Shown here: piece by piece, positions 42,814-56,808 of the stretch | How positions within the stretch are numbered: position 1 is the stretch's first letter | How the letters are laid out: every line of letters starts with the position of its first letter | Assembly (NCBI GenBank): GCA_900128395.1 | Contig: LT649234.1 | Location: forward strand, 1 to 64,000 | Direction: 5' to 3' | DNA from: Stramenopiles sp. TOSAG23-2 | Lineage: Eukaryota | Length of the DNA: 64,000 bases | The notes under the pieces: model-generated | Told to the model about the DNA's origin: nothing | Seen by the model: the letters and a program-made list of their open reading frames with translations, nothing else | Databases searched by the model: none | Made by a program: the position numbers and the translations under genes

Positions 42814-43352
42814 CTTTTGTTGTTGTTGTTTGTACGTTGCTTTACCGTATTTCTTGTTGTCTTATTACTTATTTTTTTTGTATGTGTGTTTAAATAATAA
42901 AAATAATACCGTAGTATATATAATATCAATAGTGTGTGGTGTGTTTTTTGTTGTTCATCATTGATGAAATTAAAATCATCAGTGCCCCACCAGCCTTTTT
43001 TTTCTTGTTGTAGTAGTAGTAGTATGTTGTTGTTATTACTACTATGTACTACCGCTATAATAACTCTATTCAAATACTATAGATACAAACAAATAATAAA
43101 CGACATTTACAAATTTGTATATATACATATAATTAAACATTATTATTTCTTCTATAACTTGTTTGAAAGATTTTTTCAAGTGTGCTCTATCTCTGACATA
43201 GATATCAAAATTTTTTTTTTGTTATAAAATTTGTACATTTATATAATACACAAAAATAATATACAACATTATCTGTAGCAGTTGTAAATCAATATAAGAA
43301 TAAATAGTAGTAAAACTTGTCCAACTCGTTTCAAAACAATTTATACATAAAA

Positions 43353-45488
43353 ATGGGTGCAGTGACAAATATGTTTTTCTTGATAATTAGCATTGTTTTT
43401 GGATTCATTACATTCATTTATATAGATAGCGCTATATTTGTAAAACATTCATTGTGTAATATATACAAACTACATACACAACGTGGCACAAGAGGTTTAA
43501 GACACTTTAGTGATTATAATAATATATATAACAAAGATGTACAATTGAAAAATAAAAGTCAAGGTTTGCATATCCTATCTAATAATACAAAGAAGAAGAA
43601 TATTTCTGCAATGAAAACAATTTTTGATAGAATTAAAACATCTACAGCAAGTTCTGCTATAATTGTAAATAATGTGAGTAAGACAAATATGAGGTTGGGA
43701 CCAATAGAAATTACTAATGCTAAACGTTGTAACGCGTATCCATCTAAAAAATTCAAAGTTCTTGCAAGTGTACATAGAATTTTCAATCAACATATTAATA
43801 CTAATAATAGCAAATCAATAGAAGGTATGATAAAGCAAAAATTTCCATCATTTGTTTTCGAAAAAGGGTGGTTAACATTAACTAACATAAATATAAAAAA
43901 TAGAGATGGACGTGGCCATTCGAATGTATATAAAAAAGAAAATAGAAGTAACTGTCAACAAGGAAAAAACTCATATACATGGGATTCTCATGCAAAGGAA
44001 TGTATGTATCCAGTTCCGCAAACCAATAGAATGCTTGCTCTTATTGAACTTGGCCATTCAACAGCATGTAAGTTTAACTCTAACGCTTGTAAAATTTTTC
44101 TCAAAGCTATAGGTGACATGTTTCATCGCCTTGAAGCTCTTGAAAAGCAATGCGTAGATATTGTAAAATCTGGAAAGATAAGCACGCATTTTCCTGATCA
44201 TAGAAGTTTTAATAATTTAGGTACAGTTGAAAATGAGAATGAAGCACCTTCTCGTATTATTGTATCGATAACAACTATTCCTAGTCGTTTCGAGAACGCC
44301 GATGCTATAACAAAAGCAATTAAATCTGTACTTTTTGATCAAGTCATGAATGCTGATATTGTATGGATTTCTGTTCCAAAGATTAGTAGACGCTTTGGAA
44401 ATGCATACCCACCTGTCCCTTCAAAGTTAAAAAAGTTGGAACGAGAAAGTAATGGTCGCTTTTCTGTTTTAACATGTGAGGATTTTGGCCCAGCTACAAA
44501 GTTAATCCCAGCATTGCAACATGCTCGACCTAATGATATCGTTATAACTGCTGATGATGATAGTCTATATCAACCATGGGTTATTGGTAATTTAGTTCGA
44601 ACCAGCGTTGAAAAAGCTCCAAATTCAATTGTATCACATATAGGATATAAGTTAAAAGGTGGCAAACCGAGACATCCAAATTTTCAATATTACAGTCTGC
44701 AATGGCATGCAAAAAAGTTAAGGGAAGTAGATTTTATTGCTGGTTTAGGTGCCGTCCTTTACAAACGTCGATTTTTTTTCAATGCTGAATTATCTAAAAT
44801 ATTTCAGACGTCTGAAATATTGATTGATAATGCCGAAGGTGAGCAACGAAGGAAAAATTTAAAATTTACATCTTTCCTGGAAGCTGCATTAGAAACAGAT
44901 CAATTTATTGAAGGCCGATACGTTGATGATGATTATATCTCTGGTATAGCAAGCGTCATGGGCGTTTCAAGAATTATAACTCCAGCATGTGATGATTGTG
45001 GATATGGTGTTATATGGAGTCAAGTTACAGAAGCAAATGCGCTTAGTTCCGGCCATAATAAAGACAAGAATATAGAAAGGCAATTTCATGTTATATCTAA
45101 TTTTCAGAAATTAAATCTTTTACCAACTGCTTGTAAGCGTGGATCGAAAACTAAGACTAGAAAAACCATACATAATAGGAAAAAACCAAAAGTGAAAGAA
45201 AAACCACTATTAATTACTCCTCTAGCAATAAATGGCACGAACAATTCTACAACGAATCGAAACCATACAACATTATCGTTAAATGCTAATGTGATACCAT
45301 CTAAGGAGAAAGGTATATACAATTCTACAACGAATCGAAACCGTACATCATTATCGTTAAATGCTAATGTTATACCATCTAAGGAGAAAGGTATATTTGA
45401 TATTAAATTTTTATCTTTAATGAGGGAATGGTATGACAATCATGACTGCATTGGATATGATGATCAATGTCAAAATTGTTTTGTGTAA
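43353..45488 (+). CDS. Type II membrane glycosyltransferase-like (GT-A fold)
   Basis: N-terminal TM helix; IIVSITTIPSR, DFGPATKLIP, ITADDD, VDDDYIS. Confidence 0.8.
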   Translation: MGAVTNMFFLIISIVFGFITFIYIDSAIFVKHSLCNIYKLHTQRGTRGLRHFSDYNNIYNKDVQLKNKSQGLHILSNNTKKKNISAMKTIFDRIKTSTASSAIIVNNVSKTNMRLGPIEITNAKRCNAYPSKKFKVLASVHRIFNQHINTNNSKSIEGMIKQKFPSFVFEKGWLTLTNINIKNRDGRGHSNVYKKENRSNCQQGKNSYTWDSHAKECMYPVPQTNRMLALIELGHSTACKFNSNACKIFLKAIGDMFHRLEALEKQCVDIVKSGKISTHFPDHRSFNNLGTVENENEAPSRIIVSITTIPSRFENADAITKAIKSVLFDQVMNADIVWISVPKISRRFGNAYPPVPSKLKKLERESNGRFSVLTCEDFGPATKLIPALQHARPNDIVITADDDSLYQPWVIGNLVRTSVEKAPNSIVSHIGYKLKGGKPRHPNFQYYSLQWHAKKLREVDFIAGLGAVLYKRRFFFNAELSKIFQTSEILIDNAEGEQRRKNLKFTSFLEAALETDQFIEGRYVDDDYISGIASVMGVSRIITPACDDCGYGVIWSQVTEANALSSGHNKDKNIERQFHVISNFQKLNLLPTACKRGSKTKTRKTIHNRKKPKVKEKPLLITPLAINGTNNSTTNRNHTTLSLNANVIPSKEKGIYNSTTNRNRTSLSLNANVIPSKEKGIFDIKFLSLMREWYDNHDCIGYDDQCQNCFV
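45241..45396 (+). repeat. 78-bp in-frame tandem duplication
   Basis: NSTTNRN(H/R)T(T/S)LSLNANVIPSKEKGI is encoded twice (45241-45318, 45319-45396). Confidence 0.92.
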
Positions 45489-45906
45489 AAATTTATAGAA
45501 GCAGTATTGTCGTCGTCTGTAGTCGAGCTTGTCGTCTAACACAATGAAAAATTTCTGAAATCGTTCACATACTTTAAAAAAAAATATATTAAGTATATAT
45601 ATTTTTATACTAAGATTCCTATTTGTAAGAGTAGTGCTATTTACATGCTAATCATGCAACCTAAAAACGTTACACGTTTGTAAATAAAATAAAAACACAC
45701 ACACATTTCATCCTTTTGACTAGCACACTGTTACATACAAAACATTGTTGAAAAAGTATTTTTCTCAGATTTTAAAATACAAAACAGAACTTTTACGATA
45801 ATATAAATTGTAATATTTAAAATCTATTTTATAGGAGTAACAATTAGTTTTTTTTAATTGTTTTTGTGTGTGCATTTTAATTATATGACCTGTAAATTAA
45901 TACGCG

Positions 45907-46824
45907 ATGTCTGGAAAATCATGTGAAATAACTACGATATTAAAATCAAATTTAGTATCCAAAGTTGAGCGTATAAAAAATAAATTTCATAATGCAAATG
46001 TAAAATTACAAGTGCATAATCATATACATAAAAGAGCTATTGATTGGAATAAGCATGGCAAAAAAGATATAACATCAACCGGTTTAGCAAAGAAAGTTGA
46101 ATTTGAAAAAGAAATAGACATTGATGAAGATGAAACGGTAAAGAAAGAAAATGTAAATACAAAGAAGAAGGAAACTACGAAAACACCGATTCATGTTAAT
46201 AATAAAAAAAAAGAACCTAGTGTACAAGAAATATTTATTTTATTAACGAAAAGTCATGGACGATCAATTATAAATGAATTTATTTTAAGTGGAAAGAAGA
46301 AAGTAAGCATGCGTGATTTTATAAGAGCCGTGGATGATATTCGAATGGAAAATGTAACAATGGATGATATTGCAAAATGTTGGCCATTGTTTGATATTGA
46401 TGGCGATGGGGATGTTTCCTTAGATGAATTTAGTTACGTATTAGCAAATTGGCGACATATTTTACATAAAAATTTTTCTAACGACATAGCTATTACAAAA
46501 AATGCAAAGTCTATAAGAGATTTTGAGGATACGCTTGTGCAAAAGTATTACAATGCACCGTTGCCTCCAAAGCCAACAGTTTTTACTGCCCGCCCACAAT
46601 CATCATCATCACCAAATAAAAGAAGAAATGTCACACGAATCGAACGTCCAGCTGTAGTAGCAAAGAAGCAAATTAATAAATCACAATTGAAAGATCATTA
46701 TATTGATCGGAATATTGATTTAAATAAATTATATTTTCGAAATACATTTAATGATACAAATAAAATTGATAATAAAGATGACAGCCGCGTATTCGAAAGT
46801 CAACTTTCAAATCGATCGCTGTAA
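45907..46824 (+). CDS. EF-hand protein
   Basis: FDIDGDGDVSLDEF EF-hand loop. The gene possibly continues in another frame to 47039. Confidence 0.75.
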   Translation: MSGKSCEITTILKSNLVSKVERIKNKFHNANVKLQVHNHIHKRAIDWNKHGKKDITSTGLAKKVEFEKEIDIDEDETVKKENVNTKKKETTKTPIHVNNKKKEPSVQEIFILLTKSHGRSIINEFILSGKKKVSMRDFIRAVDDIRMENVTMDDIAKCWPLFDIDGDGDVSLDEFSYVLANWRHILHKNFSNDIAITKNAKSIRDFEDTLVQKYYNAPLPPKPTVFTARPQSSSSPNKRRNVTRIERPAVVAKKQINKSQLKDHYIDRNIDLNKLYFRNTFNDTNKIDNKDDSRVFESQLSNRSL

Positions 46825-47732
46825 CTCTTTCACCAGAAAAAACAATCATACATTCACCGACATACGATCTTGCATCAAGTATAGATTATCATAATTCATA
46901 TTTACACGGAAGTTTAATGGTGACGAATCCAAGGTACATGCACCAAAAACGGATAAGTAGTACCAAAAAAGGGCAACATCGCATTTACCAATTAGCAATA
47001 AAAGAAATGAGAAATATTTATAAAACTTCAAACCACTGAGGTATTAGGGGATATCTGTATTAAAATGTCAAAACTAGATGGGTGTTGGAGAGCCAGTAAA
47101 AGCACAACAATAAAATTATACGAAGTACAGTATTATATAAAAGGATAATTATATGATATTATATATATTATTCGTACCGCGGTATTAAAAAATACAATCA
47201 TACACACATCGTAACATCATTGCGATAGAGTTTTAATTATATTTAATGATTTTATAGAAATATTTACCTATTCTAGACCTATCAATATGTTTTTTGTCCA
47301 TTTTGGGCCAAAAAAGTCCTCTGTATTTTTGGTCTTTAGAATACAAATTATATACTAAATATATTTACCTATATATATGGCTTATTTTTGTCTATTTTGG
47401 GCCAAAGACGCTGTGGATCTTATAAAATTTAATGATACGTTCGTATAGTAATGATTGCAGCAGAGCGTTTAGAGAAGAAATACGTATTAGAAAACGGACA
47501 TGATGTTGATCGTAAATAATCGAGAGGGATATATTTAATAAATTGGTATTTTTTTGCAAAACATATTAATTTGTAATTAAATGTACGTTATAAACATAAT
47601 TTTTTTACAAAAAGACTTCCTAGCTATCGTTCACGCTTGTTCACACAACACTAAAATACTTGATACTCAAAAATTTTTCATATGTTTCGCGATGACAGTT
47701 TGAAAGAACAAAATGGCAAATTAAAGAACAAT

Positions 47733-49100
<1,368 letters not shown>

Positions 49101-50445
49101 TTATTTAAAGGTTTTCTTTTAAAAATTTTATGTTTTTTAAAATGAATTTATTAATTTGTTTTTGTTTTTGTTTGTTTGTTAAAACTTTTACGAATATGTT
49201 ACTTGTATATGTGTACACACATATATATATATATATGGTCTATGTGTGTTTAAATCAATGGTGTGTAGTGTTATTATTGTTAGTTTTAAACAAACAACAT
49301 GAAATAACTCGTATTACTATTGCGTTTTTTGAACGATTTTTAAACTGTAATCTTAGCAAAGCAAAATAGCATAATCACAGCATTAAATTTGGTTTATTTT
49401 CTCCCCGCTAAAACGAAAAAGCTGGAGTAAAATGTCGTTTTATCGTTTAAAACTTAAAGTGTGGGGTTCAAAAAGTTGTAACTATCTATACGTATAAATT
49501 AAAAATATATCGTTATTTATCTAATCAATTTTTTTTATAAATATCGTATTAGCCATAGAGTATGGAGCCTATTCGCACAAGTTCAAAAAATAAACAAAAA
49601 CTCACGGTTTGAAATCCCTTCTCAGCTTTTTTTTGTTTTCGTGGTACAACAGATTAATGAAATAGCATTGGCATAGCATTAGGAAAATGGAAGACACAAC
49701 CACCAAAAAAACAAACCGTATAAAGTCTGGTATATGGTATACTCACCAGAGAGAGGATTAACACTAAAAATCTTAATACAATACTTAGTAGTGAGCTACT
49801 ATTACAATGCAGAGTTTTGCGTTTGTACAGTGGTACAGTAGCTTTTATTTTAGCGTACCACGGTAGTGCCATAGACTACACAGTACACACCACGCGCTAC
49901 TAATGGGAAAAGTGGTGGGTGTAACTTTCTTTCCCTATCTAAAGATACTATTGCAATTTGCTATTACCATGTGTGCTATTACCACTATGTTTTCTAATGA
50001 TTTTTCAGATGAAAAAGAAACCGTCGTTGTTTTAGAATTACCACACATCACTGAAAAGAAGTGGTGGTGCTATTTCTATGTGAATCTGCTATATTACTCT
50101 AATAACAATGGGAAGAAAGATTTTGGCCAGCTGAGCAACCTGCCTGAGGAGTTGCTGAGATCCCAGAGATCCCAGAGATGCCAGAACAAAAAAAATCACA
50201 AATCCTTTTTTTAATAATTTCACATCATCGATTTGTTGTGGCGCTTTTAGCAAAATATGTGGTCAGTGAATTGCAAAAAAATGTGATGAGATATGATATG
50301 ATGTGCAATAAATAGTCTAATAGTCTAATAATAATAAATAATTTTTTAATAAAAATAGAATAAATTATAGGGAGGAAATATGTAAGATTGTAAGGATATA
50401 AAAGAAGAAGACAACAACAAAGAAAAACAACAACAAAGAAAAACA

Positions 50446-52671
50446 ATGCCGAAACGCCCTATATCGTCTAGCTCCAGCTCTTCTTCTTCGAGTTCGAGCT
50501 CTAGTAGCGATGATTCAGAAGACGAAGGACAAAAAATAGTGAATATGAAAAGTGTACAAGAAGATGATAACAATAATCAAACCAGTAATAAGGAAAAAAC
50601 AAATAATAATAAAAGAAGAAAATTAAATGATGAGATCAGTGATAATAATAACAGCACTATGAATATAAATGATACAATAGAACCGGTAATAACGACAACG
50701 ACGACGACGATAATAAATAATACTAATAACAATAAACCAAATAATAATGAAGATACAGCAACATCGAAAGAAGCTAAAGAAACAATAATACCTGGTTCAG
50801 AGGAACATCAAAAATCAACATGGATAAATTTACAAGCAAAGTTACATAGTTTATTGAGTAAATTAACACCGAAAACATTAGTTGAAATATTACCGCAGGT
50901 ATTTGCATTAAATTTAATCCGTAGTCGCGGCCTATTTGTAACGAAAATGTTGTTTATTTTATCCGGAACGAAAGGACATGATACTGATGCTACAGCAAAA
51001 GTATTTGCATCATTAACCTCGGTGATTAACACTAAATTACCACAAATTGGAGAATTATTAGTCAAACGAGTTTTATTTGAATTTCGACGAAACTTTAAGA
51101 ACCATAAAATTAGGAATGCAATCACGCGATTAAAATTGTTATCTCATCTAATCAATCAACAAATATGTCATGAAATATTAGCATTGCAAATAGCAAATTT
51201 TTTGATCTCAAAAAAATCCATCAAAGGATCAATTGATTGTTTAGATGTTTTATTATGCCGTACTGGTAGAATTTTGGAAGAAACATCATCCAAAGCAACC
51301 AATAAAATATTCGATCAAGTACGAATTATGTTACAAGAGGGTACAGTGGATAGATATTCCCAGCAAAAAATCGAAAAGTTATTAAAAACGCGTAAAAAAG
51401 GTTTTTATTGGCATAAAACCATTGATGAAGGATTAGATTTAGTGGAAAAAAACGATCGAGTCACTCATACAATGCAATTGAATGACAAAATTGATATAGA
51501 AGAAACTTTAAACAAATATCAATTTGATGACAACTTTTTAAAAAATGAAGAAAGTTGGAATAATATACGAAAAAGTATATTAGGGATAACAGATGAAGAT
51601 AGTAATAATGACAGTAGCGACGATGGCGATGCTAGTAGTGATTCGGATGATGGATCAACTGGAGATGATGAGGGAAGTGATTCGGATGACGATGATGATG
51701 ATGATTTGCCACCAGCAATGAATTTAAACGATGCTGGTCCTAGTAAAACAACTGATTTAACAGGTGCTGATTTAGTTGATTTAAGACGTAAAATATATTT
51801 AGTAATCATGTCTTCATTGGATTATGAAGAATGCGCACATAAGTTGTTGATGCTGCGTATACCAAAAGCAAATCAAATTGAAATTTGTACTATGTTACTT
51901 GAATGCTGCTCGCAAGAACGAACATATGTTAAAATGTATGGTTTGTTAGGATGTCGTTTTTGTTCCGTGGATGCCTTATACCAGACAAATTTTAAGATAT
52001 GTTTTGTGCAACAATACAATACATGCCATCATTTGGATACAAATAAATTAAGAAATACTGCAAAATTTTTTGCTCATTTAATTTGTCATGATGCATTGCC
52101 ATGGGACACAATGTCATGTATAACACTAACAGAAAAAATGACAACTAGTTCTGGACGTATATTCATTAAAATATTGTTCCAAGAAATGGTTACTTTTCTT
52201 GGTATTGTACAAGTTCAAAACATTTTAAACGATCCAATATTGATAAAAAAATTGCCAGGTTTGTTTCCAACGGAAGATCCAGATCATATTCGTTTTGCTA
52301 TTAACTTTTTCACGGTGATTCAGCTTGGCGCCTTAACAATTGGATTGAGAGAAGCATTACGTGTAGCACCAAAGAAAATATTAAAACAAGTACAAGAAAA
52401 ATTAAGAGATTCCGATGGTGAAGATATGGATAGTGACAGTTCAAGTAGTAGTAGTAGTAGTAGCAGCAGCAGTAGTTCTTCATCTAGCAGCAGCAGCAGC
52501 AGTTCTAGTAGTTCATCCTCTAGTAGTGATAGCAGTGACAGCAGTGATGACGACAATGATGATGATAACAGGAGGAAGGAAGTTGATATTGGTCTCCAAA
52601 AATCAGTTGATAATGATAATAAAAAAGAAGGCGGGGGAGAAAGCGAACCAACAAAAGAAGAACAGCAGTAA
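50446..52671 (+). CDS. CWC22: Pre-mRNA splicing factor CWC22 (MIF4G + MA3)
   Basis: NLIRSRGLF, INTKLPQIGELL, LRRKIYLVIMSSLDYEECAHKL, ECCSQERTY, TTSSGRIFIKILFQE, RFAINFFT. Confidence 0.95.
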   Translation: MPKRPISSSSSSSSSSSSSSSDDSEDEGQKIVNMKSVQEDDNNNQTSNKEKTNNNKRRKLNDEISDNNNSTMNINDTIEPVITTTTTTIINNTNNNKPNNNEDTATSKEAKETIIPGSEEHQKSTWINLQAKLHSLLSKLTPKTLVEILPQVFALNLIRSRGLFVTKMLFILSGTKGHDTDATAKVFASLTSVINTKLPQIGELLVKRVLFEFRRNFKNHKIRNAITRLKLLSHLINQQICHEILALQIANFLISKKSIKGSIDCLDVLLCRTGRILEETSSKATNKIFDQVRIMLQEGTVDRYSQQKIEKLLKTRKKGFYWHKTIDEGLDLVEKNDRVTHTMQLNDKIDIEETLNKYQFDDNFLKNEESWNNIRKSILGITDEDSNNDSSDDGDASSDSDDGSTGDDEGSDSDDDDDDDLPPAMNLNDAGPSKTTDLTGADLVDLRRKIYLVIMSSLDYEECAHKLLMLRIPKANQIEICTMLLECCSQERTYVKMYGLLGCRFCSVDALYQTNFKICFVQQYNTCHHLDTNKLRNTAKFFAHLICHDALPWDTMSCITLTEKMTTSSGRIFIKILFQEMVTFLGIVQVQNILNDPILIKKLPGLFPTEDPDHIRFAINFFTVIQLGALTIGLREALRVAPKKILKQVQEKLRDSDGEDMDSDSSSSSSSSSSSSSSSSSSSSSSSSSSSSSSDSSDSSDDDNDDDNRRKEVDIGLQKSVDNDNKKEGGGESEPTKEEQQ

Positions 52672-53243
52672 AAAATGGTATATATATGCATGAGATGTAA
52701 TATATAATATTATGAATATGATATGCCAGAGACACAAAAAATATACGAGAAGTATCATGTACGAGCTCGTACGTTTTCGTACACAAAGAAAAAATGAAAA
52801 AACTCTTCTGCGCTTCGTATTATAAAAACGATGGTTAAAATCTAAAGTATTTTATATATCAAAATTTATTTTTAAAAAAGATATAATACGAAAAGTATTA
52901 AAAATTATATAATATGCCATACCAGGCACTTTGTACGCGTACTTCGTATTTTTATATTCGTATGATACGAAAGCTCGTATGATATGATACTTATATATCC
53001 ATTAGAAAAGAAACTAGATTTTATATAATGTATTTTATACTATCTTATATTTTAAAAAATTTGTTTGTTCTCTTTTGCATTTTTTTAATTTTTGGCTCTT
53101 GTAAAAATCTCATCATACAGACACACACACCACAAATATGCGCGCGCACACACACATCAAAATAATATCTCCGCGTATTATATGTGTGTATGATAGGCAC
53201 AAAAATATAAACTTCGTCCTCTTCTGCTTTCACACATTTTAAA

Positions 53244-54659
53244 TTATGTCATGTTCATTAATTCTCGTAATAATTCTTCATCTTCCTTTTTCACAAACCG
53301 TCCTTTCACTCGCAATCGAGAATCGGCAAAATTTTTTCTAACATCATATTTAACACGTTTTGTCCAAATTCTCCTTTTACGTTTTTCCATAAACCTTTGA
53401 ATACGTAATCTTCTTGATTCTGGGGAATAAATACCAATTTTATTCGATCCATCATCGTTTTTATTAGAAGATCGACCTGGTATTGCCACAGGCTTTGATC
53501 CTAAATTTGAAGAGTTTGACGACGAGGAATATGAAGACAAACCATTTCCACTACTATCTTTTGAGCTGTAATAACTACTGCTACTTGTTTCTTTTTTAGC
53601 ATTATTATTATTGTTGTTGTTGTTGCTAGAGTACCCACTACTTTTTTTAAGTCCACTAGATTTATGTTTATTCGCATAGGACGAGCTTGAAATGGATGAT
53701 TTTGATTTACTACTTAATGATTTACTATATTTACTAGATGATTTCGATTTGCTTAATGCTGCTGTGGATTTTGCTTTGTAACTTTTACTAGTATTACTAC
53801 TATTGCTACTACTTGATTTAGTAATACCGATAGTACTATTTTTACGAGATCCGGGTGCACTATAGGAGGATACCGATCCACTACTACTACGAAAGCTTTG
53901 TGATCTATTTTTGCTTGTTGGGGATGTACCGTAAAAATCTAAACCGCCGTAGCCATCTTCACCACCATCTATAGAAAAAGCATGTCCAGTACGAAAATCA
54001 TTAACGGCATCATCGCCTAATTCACCAAATAAATTATCACCACCAGTGCCTGGTGCATCAAAAATTTGAGAAAAAGTCCTTTCCCGATTTGATTTTCTAC
54101 GTTCTTTATTATTGTTATTGCTATTGTAATTATTATTATTATTGGTTTTACTACTGTTATTATTATTATTGTTATGATCAATATCATTTGGTATGGAAAA
54201 AGATTGTGATTGAGGCCTTGTTCCGATAGCAGGATCATCGTAAAATGTAAACGGCATCATATCGTCTAAGTCGTCGCCAAAAGCATCGTTTTCAGTGCCA
54301 TCTAAACCTGCACCTTCGTCAAAATCAAACATATTTATATCCATTTGCTCAATACCTAACTCAGCAACTAAATCGATGGAAGACCTCCTGTTAAAAGCAT
54401 TAGATGTAAGCAATTTTCGGATTGGTCGGGGATTCCCTTTTTCATATTCTTCCAATGCATGTGCCATGTTCGAATCGCCACTGATAATCATATCTTTTAC
54501 AAGACCCTTTTGGTTTTGATTTATTGTGCCATCTTCACATAAATCGGATGCACTTCTTAAACGTCCTGATACACTACCAGAACGTGGTCTTTTCGAGGAT
54601 GGTGCCTCTAAACTGCCTATAGGCATTGATGGTGGTGTATGCGATAAAGGAAATTGCAT
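53244..54659 (-). CDS. CCT-domain protein
   Basis: IGIYSPESRRLRIQRFMEKRKRRIWTKRVKYDVRKNFADSRLRVKGRFVK. Confidence 0.92.
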   Translation of the reverse strand: MQFPLSHTPPSMPIGSLEAPSSKRPRSGSVSGRLRSASDLCEDGTINQNQKGLVKDMIISGDSNMAHALEEYEKGNPRPIRKLLTSNAFNRRSSIDLVAELGIEQMDINMFDFDEGAGLDGTENDAFGDDLDDMMPFTFYDDPAIGTRPQSQSFSIPNDIDHNNNNNNSSKTNNNNNYNSNNNNKERRKSNRERTFSQIFDAPGTGGDNLFGELGDDAVNDFRTGHAFSIDGGEDGYGGLDFYGTSPTSKNRSQSFRSSSGSVSSYSAPGSRKNSTIGITKSSSSNSSNTSKSYKAKSTAALSKSKSSSKYSKSLSSKSKSSISSSSYANKHKSSGLKKSSGYSSNNNNNNNNAKKETSSSSYYSSKDSSGNGLSSYSSSSNSSNLGSKPVAIPGRSSNKNDDGSNKIGIYSPESRRLRIQRFMEKRKRRIWTKRVKYDVRKNFADSRLRVKGRFVKKEDEELLRELMNMT

Positions 54660-56211
54660 TTTTGTGTTCTGGCTATTATTACTACTATTGCTATATTACT
54701 ATTATATCGAAAAAATATATGTAAATCCAAGAAAAATTTATATATTGATATATTAACTATGTGCGTTATGTACTAATGAATGATATTTGTATATGAATCA
54801 ATACTATAACAAAACGTTTTGGCTTTCAGAAATTTTTTCTTCCTTATTCTCCCTTTTTTTTTTGTGCGTGTGTACGTTTTTAGTTTAATTTATATACTAA
54901 TATATATATATTCTTTTCTCTCTATATATATATATATTAGAGGGTATGCCTAATGATTCGTATATCAATGTATATATATATATATATATTTAATTGAATC
55001 TCGTTATAAATATATATCTATTACTTAATGAATTGCTATATCTTTTTGTGGAAATGGAGGATATATGTACATATGTTTTGCTATGCATGCACACACTTTG
55101 CACATCCGAACTTTACACTTGTTTGGGGGAATAAATAATATTCGCAAGTTGAAAGGGTGGGATATTAAGGGATTTATATTATAATATAAACATACATATA
55201 ATTGTATTTAATGATATTTTATTATTAGATCAAATCCATGAATACTTAAAATAAGAAAGTAAAAAAAAAAAGGAGCTGAATATATCGCTACAAGCCGTAT
55301 TTTATAATTTTACGTGGAAAATGATTTTGGATACAATTTCCTTAGACTATAAAATAGTGTAGTATATAAATTATATACCCTATCACTTTATTTTTCATAA
55401 TATAACTCATAACGTATAATAATTGCAAAATCCACAATCTTCCTCGATCCTTACATCACCACAATATTACTAAATACAGGTAGATACCATTAGAGAGGAT
55501 CCGCTCTAGGCTCTAGATAGATAGATCCTACCATTGTGGTCTATCAACTTCATTCTTTTTTGGATACTGATGTAAGATATGCAGAGGACAGAATAGTCTA
55601 AAACCTACTCCGGGTACCTGAGCATAGATCTATACAGTAAACTTAGCATTGCAAGCGAAGCGTATATAAATAAAACCATGTGAGTACGCTCTATTAATAC
55701 GTTTAGAGGGGATCTTGGAGATAGGGAGATATTGGATATGGCCCTGCTAAGACTACGTCCTCGTATAAATAAAACCATCCCTATTTTGACACGTGCACAC
55801 ATCAGTTTGCCAGTTGTTTGCCAGTTTGCATGGCAACCATGATGAATTATTTTTTTTTGCACTTCGTATTGCCAGATTGCCAGATTGCCAGCGGGCCAGG
55901 ATTGCCAGATTGCTATTTCTTCTTTTATGTGTGCTCTTGCGTGCTCTTCTTCTTTCCAGCTTTTTTTCTTCTTCTTCTTCTTCTTTTTTTTTATATATAC
56001 TTATTTTATTAATATTAATTTATTAAAATATAAATATATGAAAAAGGAATAATAAATATGAAGTCTTTTATCTTGTTGAAAAGATAAATCAGGAGGAAAA
56101 TAGATTTATTATCATACAAAAAGATATATATATATTTTTTTGTTTTTTTTTTGTTTTGGCGTTGTAAGTAGTATTCTGCATTATTATTATATAAATAAAG
56201 GTATATAAAAC

Positions 56212-56451
56212 ATGCCACCGTTAATTGGTAGGGTCGTATCGACTGCGATGCAAAAAACAGTTGTAGTACGTGTGGATAGGATTTTTAAACATAAAAGGTT
56301 AGGTACTTTCATTAAACGTAGGAAGAAATTTATGGCACATGACGAAATTGAAGCGTGTGATTTTGGTGATACTGTAAAATTAAAAGAATGTAGACCTTTA
56401 AGTAAAAGAAAGCGATGGGTTGTTGATGAAATATTGAAAAAAGCAGATTAA
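56212..56451 (+). CDS. MRPS17: Bacterial-type (mitochondrial) ribosomal protein uS17
   Basis: [18 protein letters not shown]...KKFMAHDE...[18 protein letters not shown]. Confidence 0.9.
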   Translation: MPPLIGRVVSTAMQKTVVVRVDRIFKHKRLGTFIKRRKKFMAHDEIEACDFGDTVKLKECRPLSKRKRWVVDEILKKAD

Positions 56452-56808
56452 GCGAGAACAATGGAAAACAAATGATGTGTATAAAAGAAGTATATTCATT
56501 GGATTATAAAAACAAATAATATATAATATTTATAATATTCGCGTATTTTTTTATCAAAAAAATAAAAAAGTAAAAAGTTATGTTTTGTAGTGTGAAATTT
56601 TTTTACGCTTCGTATGAAAAATATCAAAAATTACGGTCGCACCATCAAACACAAAAACTGTGTGTTGATATATCTCTCTATATTAATAAAAATATGTATA
56701 AAAATGTAATGTAAATATATGATACGATAATATAACACAGTATTCTATGATACGCGTATAATTTTACGAGTATATTATTATTACAACACACTCTCTCAAA
56801 AAATCTTT

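Noticed and set aside
49560-49630. tRNA-like GGTTTGAAATCCC
   Set aside because: No cloverleaf, acceptor stem or D-arm could be built.
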